Origin: Candidatus Binataceae bacterium
GTDB lineage: Bacteria; Desulfobacterota; Binatia; Binatales; Binataceae
DNA: 64,000 nucleotides
Direction: 5' to 3'
Assembly (NCBI GenBank): GCA_050011435.1
Contig: JBEKJC010000019.1
Location: forward strand, 6,087-70,086
Shown here in pieces: positions 1 through 8,886 of the stretch. Position 1 is the stretch's first letter; the number at the start of each line of letters is the position of its first letter. Below the pieces are notes generated by a model. That model was not told the DNA's origin. It worked only from the letters and a program-made list of their open reading frames with translations, and did not search any database. A program made the translations under genes and the position numbers.

Positions 1-198
1 GATGATTCGTGAAGGGGCGGCTGGCCGGTTGAGATGGTCAGACAATGAGGTGGTGGGATCAGTGAGCCCCTCGACCCTTCTTTTTGGTAGCGAGACGATC
101 TGGAACCGGTAAGATCCTAGGCTGGGTATGGCGGACGCATAGTTTGCTCCATAAAAGTGCCGCCCTAATGCGTTTTATGCTCTAGAAGGGAAAATCAT

Positions 199-720
199 AT
201 GAAACCCAAAGCGACGATGCTCCTCACAACGATGCTGGCGATTAGCCTAACCGCTGGACAGGCGATGAGTGCGACCGTATGCGGCGTCGCGCAAAACGCC
301 CAAGGCGCCCCGGTCGGCGGGGTCGGGATCTCAGTCAAGGATTCCTCCGGGAAGATGCTCGGGCAGGCCACCACCGGAAGCAAGGGCGAATACCAAATTG
401 ATAATCTTGGCCAAGGAACGCTCAACCTCTTCCTTGATCCGGGTAGCGCCGGTGTGCAGGGCGGTTCGGGCGTGCTGAACCTGGCGGGCGACAGCAAGAT
501 GGTCAACTGGCAGGTTTCCGACGCCAGCGGTGCGGTCGCGTCGCAGGGCGGAACGTGCGCTGACCCGGCGGGTGCGTTGACGCCGGCCGAGTGGGCAGCG
601 ATCGGAGTGCTGGGACTGGCTGCCGGCGGGGGCATCGCGGCCATTGTCTGGGCTGAGAGTGGTAATCGCAGCGATCATGAGCATATTTCTGCGCCGAAGC
701 CCGTCAGCGCAGAGTACTGA
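199..720 (+). CDS. Small secreted/membrane-anchored protein with a carboxypeptidase-regulatory-like (Ig-like beta-sandwich) segment
   Basis: The N-terminus MKPKATMLLTTMLAISLTAGQAMS looks like a signal peptide. SVKDSSGKMLGQATTGSKGEYQIDNL resembles a CarboxypepD_reg-type repeat. There is a C-terminal hydrophobic helix, AAIGVLGLAAGGGIAAIVWA. A purine-rich stretch precedes the ATG. Confidence 0.6.
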   Translation: MKPKATMLLTTMLAISLTAGQAMSATVCGVAQNAQGAPVGGVGISVKDSSGKMLGQATTGSKGEYQIDNLGQGTLNLFLDPGSAGVQGGSGVLNLAGDSKMVNWQVSDASGAVASQGGTCADPAGALTPAEWAAIGVLGLAAGGGIAAIVWAESGNRSDHEHISAPKPVSAEY

Positions 721-752
721 ATTATCGACGCGATTCGACGCGTTTGTCTTAA

Positions 753-784
753 GGCGCTCCGAGCGTGACCAAGCTCGGAGCGCC
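753..784 (+). terminator. Perfect 12-bp stem / 8-nt loop hairpin downstream of the 199-720 CDS
   Basis: ggcgctccgagc (753-764), loop gtgaccaa, gctcggagcgcc (773-784). No clear T-tract follows, so terminator function is uncertain. Confidence 0.35.
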
Positions 785-828
785 ATCTCTGAAACCCGTT
801 CCGACTAACACGGCCGGCGTTTCAAAAA

Positions 829-2241
829 ATGTATCCAAAAAATTATTATTTTCCACGGGCGATGACGGACCGTCCCAGCAATCGAGCGCGAATGGATCGT
901 CGTAGAGTTATTTGGCGGGGCGCAATGCCGCTCGTCTGGCTGGCGGCGGCCGCGATGGCGATCGGTTGCTTTTCGCGCGACCCGATGAGGGCGCAGGGCT
1001 CAGGTCTGCCGGGCGACGACGCCGCGGCGACCTCATCGGCGGCAGCGCCCAGTGCCGCCTCGGCTTCACGTGCGCCGACGGCTGCGGAAATTGCTGACGA
1101 TGCGGATCTTGATCGCATTTGGCATCAACGTTCGTCGGAGCTCTCGTCGACCAAGGATTACCCAATCGGCCCGGGCGATGTGCTGACGGTCTCGGTACCG
1201 CAGATGGACGAATTGCAGGAGCGCAAGGTCCGCGTCACACCGCTCGGCACGATCGAGTTGCCGCTGGTCGGGATGGCGCACGCGGGTGGCCTGACCGAAG
1301 TTCAACTGGAGGCCGAACTCGACAGCAAACTGAACAATTTCATGTATAATCCGCAGGCAGCGGTTTACGTCAACGAGTACCACAATCGCGAGGTGGCGGT
1401 GATCGGTGCGGTGAATCATCCGGGGTTGGTGTTGCTCGACAGCCCCTCCGAGACGATTCTTGACGTAATCACGCAAGCCGGTGGACTCTCGTCGTCGGCG
1501 GCTGATGAGATCATTCTGATCCCGGTGGAGCAGGGCGACCCAACGATGGCAAAACGGGTATCGCAGGTGGCGTATAATGCGAGTGTCCCGGGCGGCGTGG
1601 GAGAATCGGAGGCGATCGCGACCGATGCCGCAACGGGCGAGCCGGGACATCCGATCGGGCAGGCCGGTCAGGTGATGGCAAACGAGCCGGGCCGCGGAAT
1701 CCAGGGCGGCAATCCTGGAATCTCTCAGCGCTCGCAAAGGTTCAAGGAAGCTGCGACGGCGCCACCGCAGCCCGACGTGGCGTCGCGAGTGCTTGAGCTG
1801 GCGCCGTCCAATGCACATCCACTCTCGATCAAGATCAAGAGCACCTCGCTGACCGGCGCGGGTAAATATATCAATCTGCCGATGCGTCCCGGTGACGTGG
1901 TGGTGGTGCCGGGCGGCGGGAACGTGATGGTGGTCGGGTGGGTGCAAACGCCGGGCTATTTCCAGGTCGGGTCGGGGCTCACGGTATTGGGAGCGATCGG
2001 CGCGGCAGGTGGTCCGATGTTCGCAGCCAACACCAAGGACATAACGCTGATTCGCAGCAACAAGGATGGCAGCAAGGAAACCATTCCGATCAACCTCGAG
2101 GGCATCTCAAAGGGACAGGCTTCCGATCTCGCGGTGAAAGCCAACGACGTAATCGACGTGCCGTATTCGGACGTCAGGATCGGCCCGTACGTTTTCTATT
2201 CGATTCTGTCGCGCATGGGGATCGGAACCCCGGCTTGGTAA
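829..2241 (+). CDS. wza: Polysaccharide export outer-membrane protein (Wza / Poly_export + SLBB family)
   Basis: YPIGPGDVLTVSV is a Poly_export-type motif. SLBB-like segments follow (RPGDVVVVPGGGNVMVVG, ANDVIDVP). The true start may lie downstream of 829. Confidence 0.8.
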   Translation: MYPKNYYFPRAMTDRPSNRARMDRRRVIWRGAMPLVWLAAAAMAIGCFSRDPMRAQGSGLPGDDAAATSSAAAPSAASASRAPTAAEIADDADLDRIWHQRSSELSSTKDYPIGPGDVLTVSVPQMDELQERKVRVTPLGTIELPLVGMAHAGGLTEVQLEAELDSKLNNFMYNPQAAVYVNEYHNREVAVIGAVNHPGLVLLDSPSETILDVITQAGGLSSSAADEIILIPVEQGDPTMAKRVSQVAYNASVPGGVGESEAIATDAATGEPGHPIGQAGQVMANEPGRGIQGGNPGISQRSQRFKEAATAPPQPDVASRVLELAPSNAHPLSIKIKSTSLTGAGKYINLPMRPGDVVVVPGGGNVMVVGWVQTPGYFQVGSGLTVLGAIGAAGGPMFAANTKDITLIRSNKDGSKETIPINLEGISKGQASDLAVKANDVIDVPYSDVRIGPYVFYSILSRMGIGTPAW

Positions 2242-2251
2242 TACTCCACTG

Positions 2252-4630
2252 ATGGAACCATCACGTTATTTCGTCCGGCGCAACGGCGGACTGCCGGTCG
2301 AGGCGCCGATAGAAACGGAAGCCTCGCCGATCTTTCTTGACGAAGGACAGCCGCTGGTTGATTTCGAGGCTTATTGGCGAACCATCCGCAAGCATTACCG
2401 GATGGTAATCGCGGCGCTCGTCGCGGTGGTCACGCTGACAATGGTCAAGGTGATGAGCGAGACGCCGCTGTACGAGGCCGAAACTACCATCTTGATCGAA
2501 CCGTCGGCGGCGGGCGGCGGCACCGACGCGCTCGAAAATCTGGTGCAGATCGAGGCGGCGGCGAATAACTCCGATCAATACTACAAGACGCAGTGCGCGA
2601 TTTTGCAGAGCCGCTCGATTGCCGCCAGCGTGATCAAGTCGCTGGGCCTCGAGCGTAACCCGGTGTTTGCCGGCAAACCGTCGAGGCCGGGTCTCTTTTC
2701 GAGATTGGAAAAGACGCTGAACGTGGCGATGCATGCGCGAGCAGCGCGAAAGCAACGGCCGATCGCGCTATCGCCGGAACTCCAGGATACAAAAGGTGTC
2801 TCTCCCGATCTGGTGCATGAGTATATCGGTGCCCTCAATGTCACGGCGATGAGCGACACCAACCTGGTCAAGGTAACCATCACCTCGCCAGATCCGGGGC
2901 TGGCGGCGCAAATAGCCAATCAGCACATCAAGGCTTACGAAGAGCAGCAGCGCAATGCACACGGCGACCAAAGCGAGGAAGCGCAGCGCTACCTCAAGAA
3001 CAAGCTGTTAGGGGACAACGGGGTCAAGAAGCAGCTCGAGGATTCCGAGGCCGCGCTGAACGCTTACAGGAAAGAAAAAGAAATCATTCCCGGGTTGATC
3101 TCGCTCGACGGCAAAGATGCGATCATTCTCGATCGGTTGGCCGACCTGCAAAAAGACCTGACCCAGGCGCAGGTCGAGCGCATCACCTTGGAAGCGCAGT
3201 CTTCGCTGATAAAAAAGCATGAATACGCCTCGCTGCCGTCGGTGATGGACGATGCGACGATCCAGTCGATGAACAAAACCCTCGACGCGCTTTTCTCGCA
3301 GCGGGCGGCGCTCGCGAGCCAATTCAAGGCGAGCTATCCGCCGTTGGCGAAACTCAACGCCCAGATCGGCGATACGCAGGCGCGGATCGCGGTCATGGTC
3401 AACACCAAGGTGGGCGCTCTGCAGTCGCAGTATGAAGAAGCGCTTGAAAAGGAAAAAAAGCTCACCGAGGAAATGAGCACGCAGAAAGCGGAAACGCTTA
3501 AGCTCAACAGCTCGGCCGCGCAATATGCGATGCTCCAGCGCGAGGTTGATACGAATCGCGATCTCTACAATGCGATCTCTACGCGAATCAAGGATGTCGA
3601 GATGTCGGGCGACATCCAGTCAAAGAACGTCTCCGTAATCAATCCGGCTGAAGTTCCAGGCGTGCCGACGAGTCCGAAGAAGTTGCTCGCGCTGATGCTG
3701 TCGATGGTGGGTGGCCTGGGCCTCGGCCTCGGCCTCGCGTTCGTCGTCGAGATGGCTGACAACACTCTCAAGAACCCGGAAGAGGCGGAGAATTACCTGA
3801 AGCTGCCGAATCTTGGAGTGGTGCCGGAATTCTCCAGCGTGAACGGCAAGTCGGCGTATGCGCCGCGCGAATTGATGAATGCGGCAATGGGGGCGCGGCC
3901 GTCCACGGTGCTGCCGCCCGGCCGCGAGTTGGTGACGACGCACGGATCATATTCGCGAGTGGGGGAGGCATATCGCAATCTGCGCACGGCGCTGTTGCTC
4001 TCGCGCGCCGGCGGTCCGCCGAAGGTGACCCTGATTACGAGCGCCATGAGCCGCGAGGGCAAGACCGTCACGGCGGTGAATATCTCGGTGATGCTGTCGC
4101 AACTGGGCGGCAATGTCTTATTGGTCGACGCCGATCTGCGCCGCGCCCGGTGTCATCGCGTGCTCGCCGTCGACAACCATCTCGGCCTTACCGAGGTGCT
4201 CACGGGGTCGCGCGAGATGCAGGAGATGATCCGCGCGACCGAGATCCAGAACCTGTATTTTCTCGGAGCCGGATCGGTTCCGCCGAATCCGACCGAATTG
4301 CTGAACTCGGCCAAGATGGCCGAGGTGATGGCGCAACTGCGCGATCATTACGAATATATCGTCATCGATTCGGCGCCAGTGCTGCCGGTGAGCGATTCGA
4401 TGGTGCTGTCAAAGCTGACCGACGGCGTGGTGCTGGTTGCGAACGGATCGGCAACGCCGCGCCAGCAGGTCAAGAACGCATGTGCGCGGCTGGAGTATGC
4501 GCGCGCAAAAATCCTTGGCGTGGTGCTCAACAAGGTCAAGATTCACAGTCCTGACTATCACTATTACTATCATCAGGATTACTACTCCTTCGACGTCAAC
4601 AACCCGCGCGATGATGAAGAACCCGTCTGA
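2252..4630 (+). CDS. wzc: Polysaccharide co-polymerase / tyrosine autokinase (Wzc, GumC/EpsB-like BY-kinase)
   Basis: The N-terminal half is Wzz-type, with a TM segment (IAALVAVVTLTMVKV), a long coiled-coil and a second TM (LLALMLSMVGGLGLGLGLAFVV). The C-terminal half is a P-loop kinase with Walker A SAMSREGKT, A-prime LLVDADLRR and B YIVIDSAPV. The tail is Tyr-rich: SPDYHYYYHQDYYSF. Confidence 0.9.
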   Translation: MEPSRYFVRRNGGLPVEAPIETEASPIFLDEGQPLVDFEAYWRTIRKHYRMVIAALVAVVTLTMVKVMSETPLYEAETTILIEPSAAGGGTDALENLVQIEAAANNSDQYYKTQCAILQSRSIAASVIKSLGLERNPVFAGKPSRPGLFSRLEKTLNVAMHARAARKQRPIALSPELQDTKGVSPDLVHEYIGALNVTAMSDTNLVKVTITSPDPGLAAQIANQHIKAYEEQQRNAHGDQSEEAQRYLKNKLLGDNGVKKQLEDSEAALNAYRKEKEIIPGLISLDGKDAIILDRLADLQKDLTQAQVERITLEAQSSLIKKHEYASLPSVMDDATIQSMNKTLDALFSQRAALASQFKASYPPLAKLNAQIGDTQARIAVMVNTKVGALQSQYEEALEKEKKLTEEMSTQKAETLKLNSSAAQYAMLQREVDTNRDLYNAISTRIKDVEMSGDIQSKNVSVINPAEVPGVPTSPKKLLALMLSMVGGLGLGLGLAFVVEMADNTLKNPEEAENYLKLPNLGVVPEFSSVNGKSAYAPRELMNAAMGARPSTVLPPGRELVTTHGSYSRVGEAYRNLRTALLLSRAGGPPKVTLITSAMSREGKTVTAVNISVMLSQLGGNVLLVDADLRRARCHRVLAVDNHLGLTEVLTGSREMQEMIRATEIQNLYFLGAGSVPPNPTELLNSAKMAEVMAQLRDHYEYIVIDSAPVLPVSDSMVLSKLTDGVVLVANGSATPRQQVKNACARLEYARAKILGVVLNKVKIHSPDYHYYYHQDYYSFDVNNPRDDEEPV

Positions 4631-4688
4631 GGCCCGCGGTCCGGGGTCGCACGCGCCGAGCTATCGCCGCATCGAGCGCTGAAGCAGG

Positions 4689-7583
4689 ATGCTCGGCCGA
4701 TTGCCAGGAGCCGTCGGTGGGGGGTTGCGGTGGCTCGACGATACGGTGCTCGCCGGACTGATTCTGATCCTCGCCTTTGCGCCGCTGGCCTTTGGCGCGG
4801 TCCATCAAACTGCATACGCACTGCTGGAGACGATCCAGTACGCGCTGCTGATCCTGTGGATGGTGAGGGTCAGGCTGGAAGGGGCGAAGCCGGCGCGCAC
4901 CGCGATCGCGAGATCGGACGTGGTCGGAATCGCGGTGCCGGTCGCGCTGTTCGCGTTGTTGCTGGGGCTTCAGCTATTACCGCTCCCGCCCGCGCTGATG
5001 CGGGTTATTTCTCCGGCGACTTATCGGCTTTACAGCGAGAGCTTTCCCGGATGGCCCAAGACCGCACCGTATGAGGCTCTGCGGCCCGCGTGGAGCGCAA
5101 ATCCGCGCCCCTCTTCGCCCGACGTAGAAATCACCTTGCCGCCGGTGGGAGGACAGAAGGCGGCACGCACACAAGCGGCGGCGCCGCGGGCCTCAGCCAA
5201 GGATGGCGCGGCGAAACCGGAACGGCCATCGCCGGAGACGCTCGGTAAATTCGGCGACTTGCGCTGGCGCTCGCTCGCGATTGCACCTTCGGTGACCTGG
5301 GCAAGCCTGATCGAGATGCTGGCGTGCGGCGCGGTTTTTTTCCTGGTCCTGGCATACCCGTTCGGGTTCGTCGGGGCCGAGCGCGAGGCCGACATGCGCT
5401 TCATGCGCCTGCTGGTGCTCACACTGCTCGCGGTGGGTGGTGCGGTAGCGCTGATCGGGTTGCTCGAGAAGGCGATGTGGAACGGGCGCATCCTATGGTT
5501 CTTCGTGCCACGGGACTGGAGCGGCCCAAGCTTCGAAAATCTGCGGGCCAGCGGCCCGTTCGTCAACCCGGACCATTTCGCGAACTTTCTCGCGATGATC
5601 CTGCCGCTGGCAGTAGTCGGTTCGATCTTTCCGATCGCCTTGAACCATCGTGAACACCGCGCCGATCTGCGGCTGCCGAGCGCGGTCGCCGCGTTCCTGA
5701 TGGCAGCGGGAATCGTGCTCAGCCTTTCACGCGGCGCCTGGATCGCTTCAATTGCGGGCGTCTACCTCGGGCTCGCGATGAGCTTCAAACACGCCCGCGA
5801 ACGCGCCCCGGGTCCGCTGCGCCTGCTGAACAGGCGGGCAATTCCATTCGGATTGGCGGGCTTCGTGATCTTTCTGTTGGTGCTGCTGTTTCTGATCGGT
5901 CCGAGCGGACGCGGCGCGGCGGGTGCCCGTATCGGAGCGACAATCGCGCAGGGCGACAGCCTTGGCCTGAAGCCGAGGGCGTGGCGCGATTCGCTGCGAA
6001 TGATTGCGGAATTCCCAATCTTCGGGGTGGGCCTGGGATGCTGGCCGGAACTGTTTCCGCATTACCAGCGCGCGCCGTGGATGTCATTTTACTTCCGGCA
6101 GCCGGAAAACGATTACATCCAGTTGCTGGCTGAAACCGGACTCGCGGGTGCTGCACTGGCGCTCTGGTTTGGTGCAATCGTGTGGCGCAAAAGCCGGGTC
6201 GCGGCGGCGCGTATGAGCGTGCGGCGGTGGCCACTCTTTGCGGGCTTGGGAGCGGGAATCGCCGGTGCGCTGATTCACGAATTCTTTGATTTCAGCCTGC
6301 ATACTCCCGCCAATGCGGTGCTCTTCAGCATACTGACAGCCGCGCTTTTGCGGCTCGGGTTGACGCATCGGGAGGACCGGCTACCGATCGGGCTGCGCAG
6401 TGTCACGACACCGAGCAAATACACATACGCGGTCGCAGGGCTGATTGCGGCGAGTGCGGCGGTGATGATCGTGGCGGTGTACACCCAGCGCGAAGCCGCC
6501 TACCCGTATGACATCGGAACGCCGAAGACCTTCGCGCAGGCGGAGGCCGCGGCGGTCAATCATCCGGCGGATTCCGGGGTGCATCTGGCGCTCGCGGCGC
6601 TGATGCCGCCGGGGGCGCCGACAGCCTTGCGCCATCAGGAATTGCGCGCCGCGGTCTGGCTCAATCCCAACGATCCACTGGCGCGCGACATCTACGCGCG
6701 AAGCCTTCTGCTTGAGGGCAAGAAGCGCGACGGACTCGCGCAAGTCGCTCTTTCCGTCTTTCATGCGCCCGACGTCGAAAGTCATTTCTATCTGCAGTCG
6801 CGCGCGATTCCGTGGCTCTTGCCGGACGAGCAACAGGCGATTTACGAGGGTTTCGACCGCGCCATTGCCGCGGGCTACGAGGGCTCGGCCGCGGGTCTTG
6901 CCCACTTCTATCGCGAACTCGGACGTTATAACGAAGCCGCTGAGGTCTCGGCGAAAGCTGCAGCGGCCGAGAGCGACGACAGCGGCAAGCTGCAATATCT
7001 ACTGGCGGCCGGGCAGGATTACGCACAGGCGCAAGACGCGAAAGCAGCGGAGAAGATGCTGCGCGCGGCGATTGAGATCGATCCGACCGATGCGCGGCCG
7101 TATTGTGCGCTGATGGTCGGCGTGCTTGGCCCCGCGCATGATATCAAGGGTGCACGCGAGGTGACGCAGGAGGCGTTGGCGAACGGCGCCGAACAGACTC
7201 CAATCGAGCAGGCGCTGGCGGAGGCCGCGCACAAGGCGGGCGACCTGGAGACTGCCGAGGCCGCGCTCCATCGGGTGATCGATGTCGCGCCCTCGTTCGC
7301 AGCGGTGATGAAACTGGGCGATTTCTACAACGAAACCGGAAAATTCGACCGCGCGACGGTCGCGTATCAGAATGCAACTGAGATCGATCCCGGCTCGGCA
7401 CAGGCTTATTTCAGTCTGGGCAAGGCTGAAGAGTCAGCCTTCGACTTTGCCGGGGCCAGCCGTGATTACGCGCGTGCGCTCAAGCTTGATCCCAACGACA
7501 AACGTATCCAGCAGGCCACTCTGAATCTCCAGTGGCGCATGGCGCAATCGCTCAAGCAGTCGCAATCGCCGCCGGGCAAATGA
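4689..7583 (+). CDS. O-antigen ligase/Wzy-family polytopic membrane protein fused to a C-terminal TPR-repeat domain
   Basis: The first ~560 aa contain many hydrophobic segments and a Wzy_C-like core (VLSLSRGAWIASIAGVYLGL ... FPIFGVGLGCW). The last ~380 aa are TPR-like (AYFSLGKAEESAFDFAGASRDYARALKLDPND). Confidence 0.8.
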   Translation: MLGRLPGAVGGGLRWLDDTVLAGLILILAFAPLAFGAVHQTAYALLETIQYALLILWMVRVRLEGAKPARTAIARSDVVGIAVPVALFALLLGLQLLPLPPALMRVISPATYRLYSESFPGWPKTAPYEALRPAWSANPRPSSPDVEITLPPVGGQKAARTQAAAPRASAKDGAAKPERPSPETLGKFGDLRWRSLAIAPSVTWASLIEMLACGAVFFLVLAYPFGFVGAEREADMRFMRLLVLTLLAVGGAVALIGLLEKAMWNGRILWFFVPRDWSGPSFENLRASGPFVNPDHFANFLAMILPLAVVGSIFPIALNHREHRADLRLPSAVAAFLMAAGIVLSLSRGAWIASIAGVYLGLAMSFKHARERAPGPLRLLNRRAIPFGLAGFVIFLLVLLFLIGPSGRGAAGARIGATIAQGDSLGLKPRAWRDSLRMIAEFPIFGVGLGCWPELFPHYQRAPWMSFYFRQPENDYIQLLAETGLAGAALALWFGAIVWRKSRVAAARMSVRRWPLFAGLGAGIAGALIHEFFDFSLHTPANAVLFSILTAALLRLGLTHREDRLPIGLRSVTTPSKYTYAVAGLIAASAAVMIVAVYTQREAAYPYDIGTPKTFAQAEAAAVNHPADSGVHLALAALMPPGAPTALRHQELRAAVWLNPNDPLARDIYARSLLLEGKKRDGLAQVALSVFHAPDVESHFYLQSRAIPWLLPDEQQAIYEGFDRAIAAGYEGSAAGLAHFYRELGRYNEAAEVSAKAAAAESDDSGKLQYLLAAGQDYAQAQDAKAAEKMLRAAIEIDPTDARPYCALMVGVLGPAHDIKGAREVTQEALANGAEQTPIEQALAEAAHKAGDLETAEAALHRVIDVAPSFAAVMKLGDFYNETGKFDRATVAYQNATEIDPGSAQAYFSLGKAEESAFDFAGASRDYARALKLDPNDKRIQQATLNLQWRMAQSLKQSQSPPGK

Positions 7584-7659
7584 TGGAGGCCAGCGCAGGC
7601 ACGGTCCGAGGACAGTCCGCTCTCGGCACCGGCAGCATTACGCCGGGACTCCGGGAGGC

Positions 7660-8883
7660 GTGAAGATCCTGTTCCTCAATCCCGCCGGCCTGATTGGCGG
7701 GGCTGAGCGCGTCCTGCTTGACGTTATCGCGAGCCTGCGGGCGGCTCGTCCGGATTGGCCGCTCGCCCTGATCGCGGCGGCTGACGGCGATCTGGTCGGA
7801 GCGGCGCGGGCATTGGGGGCCGAAGTTTCAGTGGTCGCCTTCCCGCGATCGCTGGCGGTGGTGGGAGACGCCGGCGTGGGCGGTACGGCGCTGAGCTACC
7901 GATGGCCGCTCGGCTTGGCCGGACGATTAGCCGCGGCGGCGCCGGCGGTTGCGCTTTATCGACGGCGGCTGCGCAGCGCGATTGCCGCGGCGACACCCGA
8001 CCTGGTGCATACCAACGGTTTCAAAATGCACGTGCTCGGAGCGTGGGCGGCACCGCGGGAGATCCCGCTGCTGTGGCATATCCATGACTTCGTGAGCACG
8101 CGTCCGCTGATGTCGCGGCTGTTGCGGGCGCATGCCCGGCGGTGCGCGGCGATTATCGCAAATTCTCACAGCGTCGCCGACGACGTGCGCGCGGTGCTGG
8201 GGCGACGGCCACCGGTTTTTACGGTTTACAACGCAATCGATCTGGCGAAGTTCGCGCCTGCCGGCGCGCTGCTGGATCTCGACGCGCTCGCCGGGATGCC
8301 GCCGTTGGGCGCGGGCGGCGTGCGTGTGGGAATCGTGGCGACGATGGCGCGCTGGAAGGGGCATGAGACATTTTTGCGCGCACTCGCGATGCTGCCGGCG
8401 GCCGCGCCGGTGCGCGGCTACGTGATCGGCGGCCCGCGTTACGAAACCGCCGGCAGCCAATACACGGGCGCCGAATTGCGCGCGCTCGCGATGAAGGTGG
8501 GGGTGGCTGAGCGGGTGGGATTTACCGGCTTCGTGAGTGCGGTGGCGCCGGCCATGCGCGCCCTCGACATCGTGGTCCACGCGAGCACGGAGCCGGAGCC
8601 GTTCGGTCTTGTGATCGCAGAGGCGATGGCGTGCGGGCGCGCGGTAATCGCGAGTGCGGCTGGGGGAGCCGCCGAAATTATCGAGGACGGAATCGATGCA
8701 CTCACGCATCGGCCGGGCGACGCGTCGGCGCTGGCGCGGCTGATTGCGCAGCTCGCGGGTGACGCTGCGCTACGGCAGCGGCTGGGCCATGCGGCCGCGC
8801 TCGCCAGCGCGCGGCGGTTCGCACGGCCGCGGCTGGCGGCGGACCTCGCCCCGATTTATTGCGCAGTCGTCGAGAGGTCTTAG
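7660..8883 (+). CDS. Glycosyltransferase, GT-B fold (family 4-like)
   Basis: GTG start with N-terminus MKILFLNPAGLIGGAERV. The C-terminal EX7E-type region is EPEPFGLVIAEAMACGRAVIAS. Confidence 0.85.
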   Translation: MKILFLNPAGLIGGAERVLLDVIASLRAARPDWPLALIAAADGDLVGAARALGAEVSVVAFPRSLAVVGDAGVGGTALSYRWPLGLAGRLAAAAPAVALYRRRLRSAIAAATPDLVHTNGFKMHVLGAWAAPREIPLLWHIHDFVSTRPLMSRLLRAHARRCAAIIANSHSVADDVRAVLGRRPPVFTVYNAIDLAKFAPAGALLDLDALAGMPPLGAGGVRVGIVATMARWKGHETFLRALAMLPAAAPVRGYVIGGPRYETAGSQYTGAELRALAMKVGVAERVGFTGFVSAVAPAMRALDIVVHASTEPEPFGLVIAEAMACGRAVIASAAGGAAEIIEDGIDALTHRPGDASALARLIAQLAGDAALRQRLGHAAALASARRFARPRLAADLAPIYCAVVERS

Positions 8884-8886
8884 TCT

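Noticed and set aside
199-720. A possible PEP-CTERM/exosortase sorting signal at the C-terminus of the small Ig-like protein (TPAEW plus a TM helix).
   Set aside because: There is no P-E-P tripeptide. The TM helix is followed by a 26-aa tail rather than a short basic cluster at the very C-terminus. No exosortase-like gene is recognisable in the locus.
1066-1947. Long antisense or alternate-frame ORFs overlapping recognisable genes. Examples are 1066-1947(-), 13933-14889(-), 15199-16305(-), 30192-31187(+), 39797-40609(+), 41022-42314(+), 43467-44951(+), 48156-49040(+), 54544-55668(+), 55637-57427(+) and 61077-62234(-).
   Set aside because: These are typical shadow ORFs of a high-GC genome. 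Their translations are dominated by Arg, His, Asp, Pro and Gly and carry no family motif. Each overlaps a gene with strong family signatures on the other strand or in another frame.
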